Shown: piece by piece, positions 1 to 12,205 of the stretch
How positions within the stretch are numbered: the stretch's first letter is position 1
Layout of the letters: each line of letters begins with the position of its first letter
Assembly: GCF_004010195.1 (NCBI RefSeq)
Contig: NC_057718.1
Location: forward strand, 34,871,376 to 34,935,375
Length of the DNA: 64,000 nt
Origin: Chiloscyllium plagiosum
Taxonomy: Eukaryota
Reading direction: 5' to 3'
The notes under the pieces: model-generated
What the model was told of the DNA's origin: nothing
Databases searched by the model: none
What the model saw: only the letters and a program-made list of their open reading frames with translations
Position numbers and translations under genes: made by a program

Positions 1-236
1 CTATCAGCCACACCTTAACCTCCTTCCACCTATCGCATTCCTAACGCCCCTCCCCCAAGTCCCTCCTCCCTACCTTTTATCTTAGCCTGCTTGGCACACC
101 TTCCTCATTCCTGAAGAAGGGCTTATGCCCGAAACATCAATTCCCCTGCTCCTTGGATGCTGCCTGACCTGCTGCACTTTTCCAGCAACACATTTTTCAG
201 CTCTGATCTCCAGCATCTGCAGTCCTCACTTTCTCC
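1..236 (+). mobile_element. Penelope-like element terminal repeat (family A), cut by the window start
   Basis: Same sequence as the reverse complement of the terminal repeat at ~8487-8660 that flanks the PLE ORF remnant. Ends in ...gcatctgcagtcctcactttctcc and contains an HHR motif at 107-140. Confidence 0.85.
107..140 (+). ncRNA. Minimal type-I hammerhead ribozyme motif (stem III palindrome decayed)
   Basis: attc-CTGAAGA-a-GGGC ttat GCCC-GAAA-ca-TC-aa. ACGU has become ACAU, consistent with CpG decay. Confidence 0.65.
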
Positions 237-2019
237 TGCTGGAATTAATTGTTGGCATTCACCCTAGGGCTTTCAGACAAGCCCAGTCTTGGTTTCAGAG
301 CAACCATTTTAAGCCAGGAAATCCTTTTGGATGATTTCAGGAGTACGCATACTCTGGTATGGAATGTGTCCTTTTGAGACAATGTAGCATTTCTTTGAAT
401 CCACAGACCATGTGTAGTGACCGTCAGGGGCCATCTTGTGCAGCCCACCAGAATCCATTTGAAAAAGAAAATTTCAGTTCGAGAAGATTCCACACTAAAT
501 ATAGTTTTTGTTTAAAAGTAATGAATGTGAAAAACCTTTACTGGGCATGGGATATGGGTCTTTTTTGTCTGCACCTGCCTAGTGTTCAGACAGAGGTGAT
601 ATGATCATATGAATATATGAGAAAGTTCAGAATGGTGATTGTACACAACATCTCAGCTGAGACCTATAAACTCCATCAACCATCCCATTTCCACAAATAC
701 TTCTGGCAGGAATGTAAATGCACACAAAACTAATTAAGCCAATTAAGAAATATACCTTTCAAGCCCCAAATACATTCAATCATGCAAATTCTCATTGATA
801 ATAGTCATAGGCTGGTGCTGGTGAAACTTTGAGCTCAAAAATGACATTACTTGCAACAAATAAGCATTGCAGTCTGATTGATATTGTGAGCTTCCTGTCT
901 GCACATGTCCCTGTTTGTGCACTAACGCCTGCATCAATTTGGTATCAGTAAATTCTGTCCCATAAATGTGGCCATGTACCTGGAGGCCATTTTGGAGCAC
1001 AAAGGACATCTGGAACACATGAAAAACTGGCACCAAGTGTAATTTCTCACTCTTTATCTTCTAAAGTAAGAAAGTTTTGTAATCACTGTCACATCTAATT
1101 GTAATCCTCTTTTCTATATTTTTTTAGCTGAATGAAGGATTTCATTATCCTTAATTGCACCACACACCTTTCTTTTAATTTCCAACATAGTCCTGGCTTC
1201 TTTTTTTCACATAATATTGACTTGACAGCCTCTTATTTGTCATCTGTATAGCATTTATCCTTACTTTCTTGCATCCTTCAGTCACCTGTGTCCAAATTAG
1301 TTCTAATTCTCACAAATTGAGATCCTCTAAAATCTGTTACAAGCATTAAATTGTCTGCAGCAGTAATTTAGACAACCAACGTAAATCTGATAACGTTATA
1401 ATCATTGTTGCCAGATGTTTCCCCATAATACATCTGTCAAGTAAAGTTGCAAAAAAATGTTAGTGCCTTCAAGAAAGAGGACAACAGTGCCAAAAATCAT
1501 CTGATTTAATGCTTTAAGGTGAAATCCTGCCAAGAGTAATATAAAGATGGAATATTTAGGAAAGTGGTCACATATGATCAAAATCTGCACTTTTAACTTA
1601 AACTCAGACCTGGCTTTATTTGGTCAGCTTCACTCAAAAGATTTATCTGAAGATTTCTCAGCTGGAAGACTTAACTCTTTTTTTGATGATTCTGCCATAT
1701 GTAGTCATCACATCTTTGGAATATACAGAGTTGGATTTCCTGGTAGGTTTTACTTATTGCCGACCATACCTTCAGTGCAACAGCTGTGAAATCCCAGAAA
1801 TATAATAAATGCTATTAATACAATTTCTCTCAGATTTTGGCAGATCTTTGAACAAAGCTGTAGTGACAATTACAAGGACCTCTATGGTGGGTCAATTCTT
1901 TGCCAGAAATATGACTGACCAAAAACTAGCAAAACTCTAGTCTTGGTTACCTTGAATATTTTGTATATCAGGATTCTAACTCAGCACTCTGGTGTTATGG
2001 GAAATGTGTTAACGTTGAA

Positions 2020-4290
2020 CATAGATCAGTGCAGCACAGGAATAGGCCCTTCAGCCCACTGTGTTTGTGCTGAACATGATGCCATTCTAAATTAATCCCA
2101 TCTGCCTGCACGTTGTCTGGATCCCTCTATTTCCTGTCTGTTTATGTGGGTGTCTAGACACCTCTTTAACGTTGACAAATTTGCTTCTATCATCTCCCCT
2201 GGCATTGCTGTTGAAAAAAGCATGCCTCACACATCTCCTTTAAACTTTCCCCCTTTTACCTTCAACCTATACCCCTTTAGTATTTGACATTTTTACCACA
2301 GGAAAAAGGCTCCAACTACCCATCCTATTCATGCCCCTCATAATTTTATGTATGTCTATCAGATTGCTATTCAGCCTCCGACACTCTTGCGAAACAATTC
2401 AAGTTTGTCCGACCTCTCCTTATAGCCAGTACACTCAAATTCATGTAACGTCTGGTAAACCTCTTTAATGTAGCAACCAGAACTGCACGCAAAACTCCAA
2501 AGTGGCCTAATTAAAGTCTTACACAGCTGCAACATGACTTGCCAACTTTTTTAGTCAATGCCCTGACCAATGAAGGTAAGTATGCTGTAAGACTTTACGA
2601 GCTTATTCACCTGTTGCCATTTTAAGTGAGTTATGGACTTGTGTCACAAGATCCCTCTGTATATCAGTGCTCCTAAGGGTCCTGCCACTTACTGTATACT
2701 TTCCTCTTGCATCTGACCTCCCAAATACATCACCCCACAGTTATCCAGATTCAACTTCATCTGCCATTTCTCCACTCAACTGATTTCCAACTGAGCTAAA
2801 TCCTTTGATAACTTTCCTCACTATCTGCAACTCCATCAACTTTTGAGTCAGCTGTAACATTACTAATCAGCCCACCTACATTTACATCTAAGCTATTTAT
2901 ATAACTTACAAACAACACAGGTCCCAACACCGAACGTTGCAGAACACCACTGGTCAAGTTGGAAAAACACCCCTCCACAAATACCCTCCATATCCTCTTA
3001 CAAAACCAAATTTGTATCCAATTTGCCAATGTACCATGGATCCTATGCGACATAATCTTCCAGACCAGCCTACAATGAGGGACCATGTCAAATACTGGAG
3101 CAAAGTCCAGGTAGATAACATCCACTGCCCTACCCTCAACAACTGGTGGCTTAAAAGGATACAAAGATCTCTGTCAAGGCCCCAGCAATCTCCTTCCTTG
3201 CCTCTGTTGGTATCATGTGACAGATCCTTTTGGGCCTTCGAGAGTTATCTATCAGCTCCCCCTAGTCTTACCATCATCCATGTCCTTCTCTTTAGTAAGT
3301 ACCGATACAAAGTATTCATTAAGGACCTCATTCACTTCCTCTGGCTCCATCTATAAATCCCTCCTTTATCCTTGAGTGGACTTACCCATCTAGAAATTGC
3401 CTTCTTCCTACTAATATACTTATAAAATGCCTTGATCCTATTTGCCAAGTATATTTTGTAGCCCCTTCTGATCCTAGTTTCCTATTTAAGTTGTTCTGTT
3501 TCCTTTACATCCCTCAATGACCTTGTTTGATTTCAGACTCCTAAACCTATACATGTTTCCTTTTCATTTTTGACTAAACTTTTAATATCTCTTCCCATCC
3601 TTACAAGAACATACTGGTCTTGAACTCTGATCAACTGACATTTAAAAACCTCCCATTTTAGATATGGATTTACCTTCAAACAGCTGCCCCCAATGTATGT
3701 TCTCCAGTTGCTACTTAATACCATTATAATTAGCCTAGCTGCAATTTAACACTTTCACCTGAGAACCTAGTCTCATCCTTGTTCACAATTGGCTTAAAAC
3801 CTGTGGAATTATGATCATTGTTCCCAAAATGCTCCACACTGAAACTTCAACCGTGTGGCCAGGTTCTTCCTCCAATACAAGGTCTAATAAGGCTGCTTTT
3901 CTGATTGGATTACTTACATATTGTTTCAAGATACTCTCCTTGATACACCTAACAAATTCTGTCCCTGGCAGTAAGGGGTCCAGTTCAATATTGGGAAAGT
4001 TAAGATCAACCATGACAACAAACGTATTGTTTTTACATCTTTCCAAGATCCACTTACATATCTGTTTCCCTTTCTCCCATTGGTTATCCGAAGGTCTGTA
4101 GTATAACCCATCATAGTGATTGCACCTTTCTTATTCCTGAGTTCTATCCATATGACCTTGCTGGAGCCCTCCAAGATGTTTTGTTTCAGTACAGTTGTGA
4201 CAGTCTCTTTAATCAGTAATGCAACTCCTCCACCCTTGTTACTTTCATCTCCATCTCCTGAGATAGTGCCTGTTTCCATTGGCTTCTTAC
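2020..4290 (-). mobile_element. Old, fragmented CR1-clade LINE (endonuclease and RT remnants, 3' end near 2020)
   Basis: ORF pieces VDVIYLDFAPVFDMVPH...GVLQRSVLGPVLF (RT-like) and GGGVALLIKE...IWIELRNKKG / VMVDLNFPNI...LLDLVL (APE endonuclease-like), with many frameshifts. Confidence 0.9.
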
Positions 4291-4333
4291 CTCTGCCAAG
4301 CATCTTGGGATGTTGTACTTTATTGAAGATATG

Positions 4334-4532
4334 ATGAGGAGGTGCTGGTGCTGGACTGGGCTGAACAAAGTTAGAAATCACACAACACCAGGTCATAGTC
4401 CAACAGGTTTATTTGGAAGTACAAGCTTTTGGAGTGCTGCCTCTTCATCAGGTAGCTCTCTGACAAAGAGGCAGCACTTCAAAAGTTTTTACTTCCAAAT
4501 AAACCTGTTGGATTATAACTTGGTATTGTGAT
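4334..4532. mobile_element. Short fold-back PLE derivative (family B) with 16-bp TSD
   Basis: Arms ~4378-4451 and ~4460-4532 are inverted copies. TSD ctttattgaagatatg at 4318-4333 and 4533-4548. Degenerate HHR on the minus strand at 4420-4454. Confidence 0.85.
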
Positions 4533-6119
4533 CTTTATTGAAGATATGGGGTACTACTTAACAGCGAGGTGTTATTGTTGTTCATAGCAGTGATCCAAAT
4601 TATAATCTCCATGACTTCCCTGTGATGTGCCTGCCAATTCTCCAGTAGTTAGTTAAAATGATTCATTGATGATTTAGAACATTGACTGTCAAAATTCCAG
4701 AAGTTACACTTGCACTGCATCAGGGATAAGTTAGAATTATTAAAATGAGGTGCATCAGGTGTCAGTTATGGCTAAGATCAGTATACAAGAGTTATTTGTG
4801 AATCTGAAGTCTGAAGGGACGTTAGACACTGATTACTGGAACCAGAAAACAATTCTTACCAGATTTTAATTTTACTTCCTACCTGACAGAGCTGTACTTA
4901 CATCTGACATCCTGAGAGCTTGTGAAACCACAGGAGTTACATTGCCAACAAACAAAGGAAAGAATTCAAGAACCAGCTGTGTGATTCTCATAAGTATGCC
5001 TTGTTTCCAATTATATTAAAGGAGGACTAGAATGGAGGATATGTTGGAGAATGCAATTTATCAATGAAGTATGAACACCACCCACCGCTCTCTGCAAAGC
5101 TTCGCAGGTCGGGCGGGTTACAGTAGTTTATTAACTGCTCTGCATGCAAAATCTGCATCATTAAAGAGGAGATATATCAGTTACTTGCCTGAACACCACT
5201 GACTATGAAAAATAACAACTGTAATAGAATTTAATACCATCATCTTTTTCCTTCACTCAATGTCAATAGTGTAAGTGACAATTTCTGGAGTTCTTGTAAA
5301 ATCGTTTTCTAACTCTATACAGGTATGTAATGGCCTTCCAATAGTCTCCTTTGCAGTTGAGTCCTGAACAATTCTTGGTCTCACAATAGTTATGAAGACG
5401 CTCCCTAATGAACACTTGTAGGGAGATGTAAGTTTTATCAGGTTGTGAAAAATTGAATTTATTTCAAATTTTGAGGAGATAGCTGGAATGTTTTTATTAA
5501 AGAGAGAATAGAAGGTTCACTGTGGACATCAGAGATGGAGAAGTATGGCTTCCTAGAAATCACATGACAGGTGATAATGCTTTTTCTACTCTAGACCCTT
5601 GTTGGGGTTGTTTGCACAGTGACTGGGTGAAGAACGCTGTGCTATCTGAAATTAATTGGGGGACAAGAAGCCTCTGAGGAAGGGCTGCTCAGCTGATCAC
5701 TGCTACTAATGAAAATAAGCTTCTTGTGGAATTTGTGATGAAACCTTTCTGTTGTACTGGTGGTGGCAGGGAGTTGTTAAGGTTTGGATAAGCTCCCACC
5801 CAACTAATTAAGTGTCTTTGCTGTCTCTAAACTCATCAGTGCCAGGAGAAGAGTTTCTGCATTTGATTCAGGAACTCTCTGTCACCATGTTTGCCTTCTT
5901 GACCAGCCAGTGTCTTTTCGCATTAATAGAACGCTGCTCCCCATATAGTCTCTGCCAGATCTTTCACTTGAAGGCATGCACATAACATGAGACACGATTG
6001 CTTATCGTTAACCCATTTTTGACAATTCTTCATTGTTTGTCTGCCACTGTGTCAGTCAGTTGATCTAACCTTCATCTCTTACAATTTTTCACCGACCTGA
6101 CACGTGATATTTCCCTCAT

Positions 6120-6785
6120 CTTGCCTGAGGAAAAAAGTGTTTGAGAAAAACAACATCAGATGTGACACAAAGCTCGTCATTGACAGGGTGGCTCTTTCCC
6201 TACTATGTGGCTCTAAAACATGGACCATCAACAGCAGACACCTCAAGGAGTAGTACCACCAACTCTGTGTGTACAAGATCCTGCAGATGCACTGGGTAAA
6301 AAAAAGCACCAACACCAGCATCCTTGACCAAGCCAACATCCACTGCAAAGATGCACTGACCCCCCTTGTTCCACTGCGAAGGGCTGGGCACATTGTCCAT
6401 ATGAATGACACGAGACTCCCCAAGCAGATGTTCTACTCCCAGCTCCGAAACAGCAGGCGAGCCCCAGGTGCACAGAGGAAGTGTTCCAGTGATACCCTCA
6501 AAGCCTCATGGGAGAAGTGCGGCATTCCCACAGACACTGGGAGTCAGTGGCCCAAGTGAAGGAGGAGCATCTGGGTAGACATCGAGCACCTTGAGACTTG
6601 CCGAGGGGAAAAAGCTGAAGCCAGGCAAAAACAGAGTAAAGAATGTGCCCGACCCACCCCTTCCCCTGACCACCTTCTGCCCCAAGCATAACAGAGCCTG
6701 CGGCAGCCGTATCGGTCCACCCATGGACTCACCCTGAATGTGGGAGAGAGTCATCCTCGTCTGCGAGGGACCACCAATGGTGATG
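6120..6785 (+). mobile_element. RTE-clade LINE 3' fragment (pseudogenised)
   Basis: ORF 6269-6559 reads LRRAGHIVHMNDTRLPKQMFYSQL...PGAQRKCSSDTLKAS, resembling the RTE C-terminal LRWxGHVxRMxxxRLPK motif. Upstream LLCGSKTWT resembles LLYGSETWT. Confidence 0.85.
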
Positions 6786-7664
6786 TCTATGGCAGTCAAA
6801 GCAATATAACACTGGTGGATATTTCTAGTTACTGACATTGCATTCTCTGTTGTGTTAGTGTTTCAGATGACTGGTGGGCAGGGGTCCCACCTCCAAATAT
6901 TTTCAAGAGAAGTATACCATTGTTTCAAAGGGAACAATATATTTTATGAGGGCCATAAAACATCCATACAAAAGCAAACCCGTGGAACAAAAACAGCAGC
7001 ATAGATGGTTCAAATGTTGCCAGGCTCTGATACATATTTGCTGAAGCAAGGTTGTGGCCATTGGAAATCTTTTCAATCATTACTGTGCTACTAACAATGG
7101 CTGTCAGCCTCCTCATATTGAACCTACAAAGAAACACAGTGTAGTAAAACCTTGCAGTTATTTAGTTGGCCAAATTTCACTGTGAAGACAAAGTCGGTTT
7201 TGGTTAAAGATTTCAGAACAGTGATTCCAGACAAAAGGAATCTACTGTAGCATTAAGACAGCAGTGTACCAGCTGAATTTTGTAGTCTGTGATGTGAGTT
7301 CCAGGAAGGTGGTGAGGTGATGCAGAACAAAGTTCATTGCTCATGACCATAAACTAAAATTCAAATATAAATCAAATAAAAATATATAACTACCAGGAAC
7401 GTCAGTAACTTGGCCTTAATGTTCAACACCTGTTTTCACTGGAATTTTGATTCAAACTTAAGCAAACTTAGTCAACGCCGAATCTTCTGATGTGCTTTAA
7501 CAGAGTACTACACCACGATGACTCCCATTGCAAGAAAGGTACAATGCGCTAAAGCATGTGGGGATTTCAAATGATTGTTTCCATTTGCTTACAAAGATGA
7601 GGGATTATATGAGGAAAGGGCTTTGTAGAGTGTGTGGTCATCAAGGTGAGTGAATGGAAAATGC

Positions 7665-8450
7665 CTTTTTCTTTCATTCATTCAATTGTTGTGAGCATTA
7701 CTGGCCAGGCTATCATTTATTGTCCTTCCCCAAGTTCCCCTGCGAAGGTGGTGATGAGCTGCCTTGTTGAATCACTGAAATCCACGTGATGAATGTACTC
7801 CTACAATATTGGATTTTGACCAGGAGACAAGAACAGCAATATTATTCCAAGTCAGGGTGAAGCATGACTCAAAGGGATTGTAAGGCTTCTTTCATACACT
7901 TTCTCTCCTTGTTTTTTTTTGGTGATAAAGTTATGAGTTTGGAAGGTAAGGTCAAAGAAACTCTGGTGATTTGCTGCAGAGCGTCTTGGAGCTTGTGCAA
8001 ATTGCTGGTGTCGATGATACATACGACAGCCATAGTGGGAATGAATGGTTATACAATAGTAGATGGATTGTCAGTTGAGCAGGACACTTTAACCTGGCCA
8101 GTGCTGAGCTTCTGAGGATTATTGGACCTGCATTCATAAAGGTAACGGAAGCATTCCATCACACTCCTCATCTATGCCATGTAGATGGTGGACAGGCTTT
8201 GAGGAGTTAACCAGTGAGTTACCCACCACAGAATTCCCAGCATCTAATCTGCTCTTGTAGCTATTGTATTAATGTCACTAATCCCCCTACAATTCCGCTC
8301 CAGTATGACCTCCCCAAGATGCTAGTGTTCTATGATGGTAATGTCATGTGGAGGGGATTAGAATCTTTCCTCTGTCTTGTACTTTCGGTGCACTGTCCAC
8401 CCTGAATGCTCTTTCCAAATGATGTTCAACATGAATAAGCCCACATTCAT
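7665..8450 (-). mobile_element. Old LINE 3' fragment (CR1/L2 group) sharing its tail with the SINEs at 16377 and 21478
   Basis: The terminal tttcattca...catttattg(t/c)cc...cc motif is shared with 16377-16450 and 19350-19465. Highly degenerate. Confidence 0.6.
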
Positions 8451-8543
8451 CAGCTGAAAAAGAGGGTAGGTGGTAAACAACTGGAGGAGAAAGTGAGGTC
8501 TGCAGATGCTGGAGATCAGAGCTGAAAATGTGTTGCTGGAAAA

Positions 8544-8580
8544 GAATCGACGTTTCGGGCATAAGCCCTTCTTCAGGAAT
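8544..8580 (-). ncRNA. Minimal type-I hammerhead ribozyme motif, intact core
   Basis: Minus strand reads attc-CTGAAGA-a-GGGC ttat GCCC-GAAA-cg-TC-gatt. Predicted cleavage after GUC, between 8549 and 8548. Confidence 0.8.
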
Positions 8581-8706
8581 GAGGAAAGTTTGTCCAGCAG
8601 GCTAAGATAAAAGGTAGGGAGGAGGGACTTGGGGGAGGCGCGTCGGAAATGTGATAGGTGGAAAGAGGTCAAGGTGAGGGTGATAGGTCAGACTGGGGTG
8701 GGGGCG

Positions 8707-8861
8707 GAGAGGTCAGGAAGAAGATTGCAGGTTAGGAAGGCGGTGCTGAATTCGATGGATTTGACTGAGACAAGGTGGGGGGAGGGGAAATACCTTGTCT
8801 CAGTCAAATCCATCGAACTCAGCACCGCCTTCCTAACCTGCAATTTTCTTCCTGACCTCTC
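8707..8861. repeat. Inverted repeat with 70-bp arms and 15-nt loop inside the PLE
   Basis: 8707-8776 versus the reverse complement of 8792-8861 shows 2 mismatches by manual alignment. Confidence 0.95.
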
Positions 8862-9309
8862 TGGGGCCTTGGAGAGAAGTGAGGGGGGAGGTGTGGGCGC
8901 AAGTGTTGCACCTCCTGCGGTTGCAAGGGAAGGTGCCGGGAGTGGTGGTTGGGTCGGTGGGGGGTGTGGATCTGACAAGGGAGTGGCGGAGGGAGTGGTC
9001 TCTACGGAAAGCTGATAGGGGAGGGGAGGGAAATATATCCTTGGTGCTGGGTCTGTTTGGAGGTGGCGGAAGTGACGGCGGATGATGCGCTGTACATGGG
9101 GATTGGTGGGGTGGTAGGTGGGGACCAGTGGGGTTCTGTCCTGGTGGCGGTTGGAGGGGCGGGGCTCAAGGGCGGAGGAGCGGGAAGTGGAAGAGATGCG
9201 GTGGAGGGCATCGTCGACCACGTCGGGGGGGATATTGCGGTCCTTGAAGAAGGAGGCCATCTGGGTTGTGAGTCAAGATGAGAGTCAAGATGAGAGTCAA
9301 CAACTGGAG

Positions 9310-9815
9310 TCAAGATGAGAGTGGTGCTGGAAAAGCACAGCAGGTCAGGCAGCATTCGAGGAACAGGACAATCGACGTTTCAGGCAAAAGTCCTTCATCA
9401 GGAATGAGGCTGGGAGTCTCGGGGGTGGAGAGATGAATGGGAGGGGGGTGGGGCTAGGGAGAAGGTAGCTGAGAGTGCAATAGGTGGGTGGAGGTGTGAT
9501 AAGTTGGAGAGGAGGATAGAACGGTTAGGTGGGAAGGAAGATTGACAAATGGGACAGGTCATGAGGATGGTGGTGGAAGGTTTGAACTAGGGTAAGGTGG
9601 GAGTTGGAGAAATGAGGAAACTGGTAAAATCCACATTGATGCCATGAGTTGAAGCGGAAGGTGAGGCGTTCTTCCTCCGGGTGGTGAGGGAGTGGCGATG
9701 GAGGAGGCCCAGGACCTGCATGTCCTTCACAGAGTAAGAGGGGGAGTTGAAATGTTTGGCCACGGGGCGGTGGGGTTGATTGGTGTGGGTGTCCCAGGGA
9801 TGTTCTGTGAAGCGC
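9310..9815 (-). mobile_element. Older Penelope-like element fragment (terminal repeat plus GIY-YIG 3' remnant)
   Basis: Family A-like terminal repeat with HHR at 9370-9405, followed by a frameshifted remnant (...EEERLTFRF) resembling a PLE endonuclease C-terminus. Confidence 0.75.
9370..9405 (-). ncRNA. Minimal hammerhead motif, stem II partly degenerate
   Basis: attc-CTGATGA-a-GGAC tttt GCCT-GAAA-cg-TC-gatt. Confidence 0.65.
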
Positions 9816-9829
9816 TTCCTTGCTCATGA

Positions 9830-10030
9830 ATGCCTCAATGTAATTAGATTTTATAGTCCAGTATTGAAGTTGAGGATTTCCAGAGTTGATTCTTCCTGAT
9901 TGTATACCTTTGTGCTGGCACCTCTGATGGGCTCGCCCTGCCAATGTGGCATAACATGCCCAGGAACGATGATGGAAGACTCTCAGACATTGGTAGAGAG
10001 TACAATTCTGTGAATGCAAACCTTCTGATG
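9830..10030 (-). mobile_element. Degenerate RTE-like LINE fragment
   Basis: Translation SQNCTLYQCLRVFHHRS resembles the RTE motif SETWTL...LxVFHxRCLR. Confidence 0.4.
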
Positions 10031-10199
10031 GAAGGTTGTAGATGTGAAAGGTTGGGGTTAGTTTTAGTGGTGGTGGTGGGTGTCCAATGACCCAAATGCC
10101 GGGCATGGCTGTGGAAGGGGTTGGTGTTGTGGTGGTAACACCGCAAGTTGTAGAATTCAGCAAGAACGGCTCTTGATGCATGTGGCACTAGATCAGGAT

Positions 10200-11695
10200 T
10201 ATTCTAACTCCTTACGAAGCCCTAACCCCCACACCCCAGCACTACTACCATCATTTAACATTCCCAACCTTTTTAGCTGGCTGTGTGCATTGACTTTCTC
10301 CAGCTGTGACTGTGTCAGGGAAGTGTACCACTCAGAGAAGGTCAATGCTGCAGGATAGTCAGAGAGTAGGCAACCTGCAGGCCTGTGTCAGCCTGCCTGG
10401 ATCTCCCTGTAAAAGTCCAATGACTGCTTCACCTCCATCTCTCACATGTTGGCTCACTTACCCAACCCTTCCTGAATGTGCTTCTGCCCCATTTCACACT
10501 TTCTATTTGCTTCCTAACAGAAGGTGATAGTGAGTGCTCCTCTGCATGTGGCCTAGGCCTCAGATTGAAATGCCACCAAACCCTTCTGAAGTGCCCACCT
10601 CATCAACCCTCCCCAGGTCATCACAAAGTCCATAGGAAAGCCTTCACCTGCCTATCTTACCCTCGCACAAAGCCCCTCACTCTACTCCCTTAATCTCTGT
10701 GGATGGACCTGATCTGCCATTGCCTGCTGAAACCTTCCCAGACTCCTCACTGGTGGCTACATTTGTACCCAACTCTGACAGTCCACCCTCTCGGAGAGGC
10801 TGCTATGGAGGCAAAGAACTGACTATGCCTCACTCTCTGGAGAATGGAGGCATGAACTCCCTGTGCAATGCCATCCTGACCATGGGTGAAGCTCCAGACA
10901 GGTATGAGAGGCTGCTCTTGACTATTTGTGCCAGCTGCCCTTGACTGGCAGGTGCTCCCATTGTCCTCAATGCGGACCACTCCCTTAAGACTGTGTGACA
11001 TGGCTGACCTGTTGCTGCAGGCACAGTGTGTTAGACACAGGTGCTGTTCTCACACGGTACATGTATTACACTGATATGGCGCACTGCCACGTGGTAACAT
11101 GTACACGCCTTTCTGAGGCCTGCTAAGCAGCACAGCCAGCTGTCTGGTCCCATGACTGCACCAACTGCTACTGCAAGGCTCACCGATGTAAGGCATGCAT
11201 ACTGAGGGCATGCCTGAAGGCACTGGATGCTTGTGGGCTAAGAGAACAAATGAGTAGGCTGGTAGGCAGCCTGATCCATGCAATGGATGGGGTACCTGTC
11301 CCTGTGCGGTAATTGTACCCGACGTAGGTGCTTTAACATGCTGATAGGCAGGTCCAAGCTTCCAGAGAATGCTACAGCTGTCTCAGAAAGGTGCCAGGAT
11401 TACGGTAAGGGTTCACTGAATGTCAGGGACTAAGGTCTATGGAGGAAAGGTGTATCTGGTGCTTGTGGATCATGCCCTGGTCATGGGCAAAATGGGTATC
11501 ATCCAAAGGAAGCACAGAGCCAAGACAATCAGGTACCCACTCGGGTGTCTATGCTTGGTGGTTTTGGTAAGATTAGAAATAGAATATTAATAAAGTGAGT
11601 TGGACCATCAAGAAGGACCTTAAAAAGTGTTAATCATTGTCAATTTGCAACTTGTCACTGCCCAACAAGAATTTCGCCACACGGCTTGTAAAATA
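10200..11695. mobile_element. Possible ancient DNA-transposon (Harbinger-like) remnant
   Basis: GC-richer than its flanks with no intact ORF. The assignment is by overall resemblance only. Confidence 0.25.
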
Positions 11696-11701
11696 CATAC
11701 A

Positions 11702-12023
11702 AGATTAGATTAGATTAGATTACTTACAGTGTGGAAACAGGCCCTTCGGGCCAACAAGTCCACACCGCCCCGCCGAAGCGCAACCCACCCATACCCCTAC
11801 ATTTACTCCTTACCTAACACTACGGGCAATTTAGCATGGCCAATTCACCTGACTTGCACATCTTTGGACTGTGGGAGGAAACCGGAGCACCCGGAGGAAA
11901 CCCACGCAGACACGGGGAGAACGTGCAAACTCCACACAGTCAGTCGCCTGAGGTGGGAATTGAACCCGGGTCTCTGGCGCTGTGAGGCAGCAGCGCTAAC
12001 CACTGTGCCACCGTGCCGCCCAC
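11702..12023 (-). mobile_element. HE1-type tRNA-derived SINE, full length and young
   Basis: Minus strand begins gtgggcggcacggTGGCACAGTGGttagc (A box) ... GGTTCAATTCC (B box) and ends in an (aatct)n tail. Confidence 0.9.
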
Positions 12024-12050
12024 TTAGATTAGTTACAGTGTGGAATCTAA

Positions 12051-12205
12051 GTGGGCGGCATGGTGGCACAGTGGTTAGCACTGCTGCCTCACAGCGCCAG
12101 AGACCCGGGTTCAATTCCCGCCTCAGGCGACTGACTGTGTGGAGTTTGCACGTTCTCCCCGTGTCTGCGTGGGTTTCCTCCGGGTGCTCCGGTTTCCTCC
12201 CACAG
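12051..12205 (+). mobile_element. HE1-type SINE 5' half, inverted duplicate of the adjacent copy
   Basis: A box 12064-12074 and B box 12108-12118. Head-to-head with 11702-12023. Confidence 0.9.

Larger units (their letters stand above)
8487..9298 (-). mobile_element. Young 5'-truncated, rearranged Penelope-like element (family A) with 11-bp TSD
   Basis: ORF 8688-9260 MASFFKDRNIPPDVVDDALHRISSTSRSSALEP...RTPLVPTYHP...IIRRHFRHLQTDP resembles the PLE region between RT and GIY-YIG. CpGs are retained. TSD aacaactggag at 8476-8486 and 9299-9309. Confidence 0.85.

Noticed and set aside
125..334. Recurring small ORFs such as MPETSIPLLLGCCLTCC (also 8344, 52639, 60871, 43113, 31859)
   Set aside because: These are chance translations of the non-coding PLE terminal repeat, not a peptide gene family.
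776..1805. Short ORFs in unique sequence near the window start
   Set aside because: No recognisable domains and no consistent splice structure.
6925..7137. Minus-strand acceptor (tgtgtttctttgtag) followed by an open frame
   Set aside because: No convincing donor and no recognisable protein.
12051..12125. tRNA gene
   Set aside because: The A and B boxes belong to a SINE head that continues into the SINE body, and I see no complete cloverleaf.
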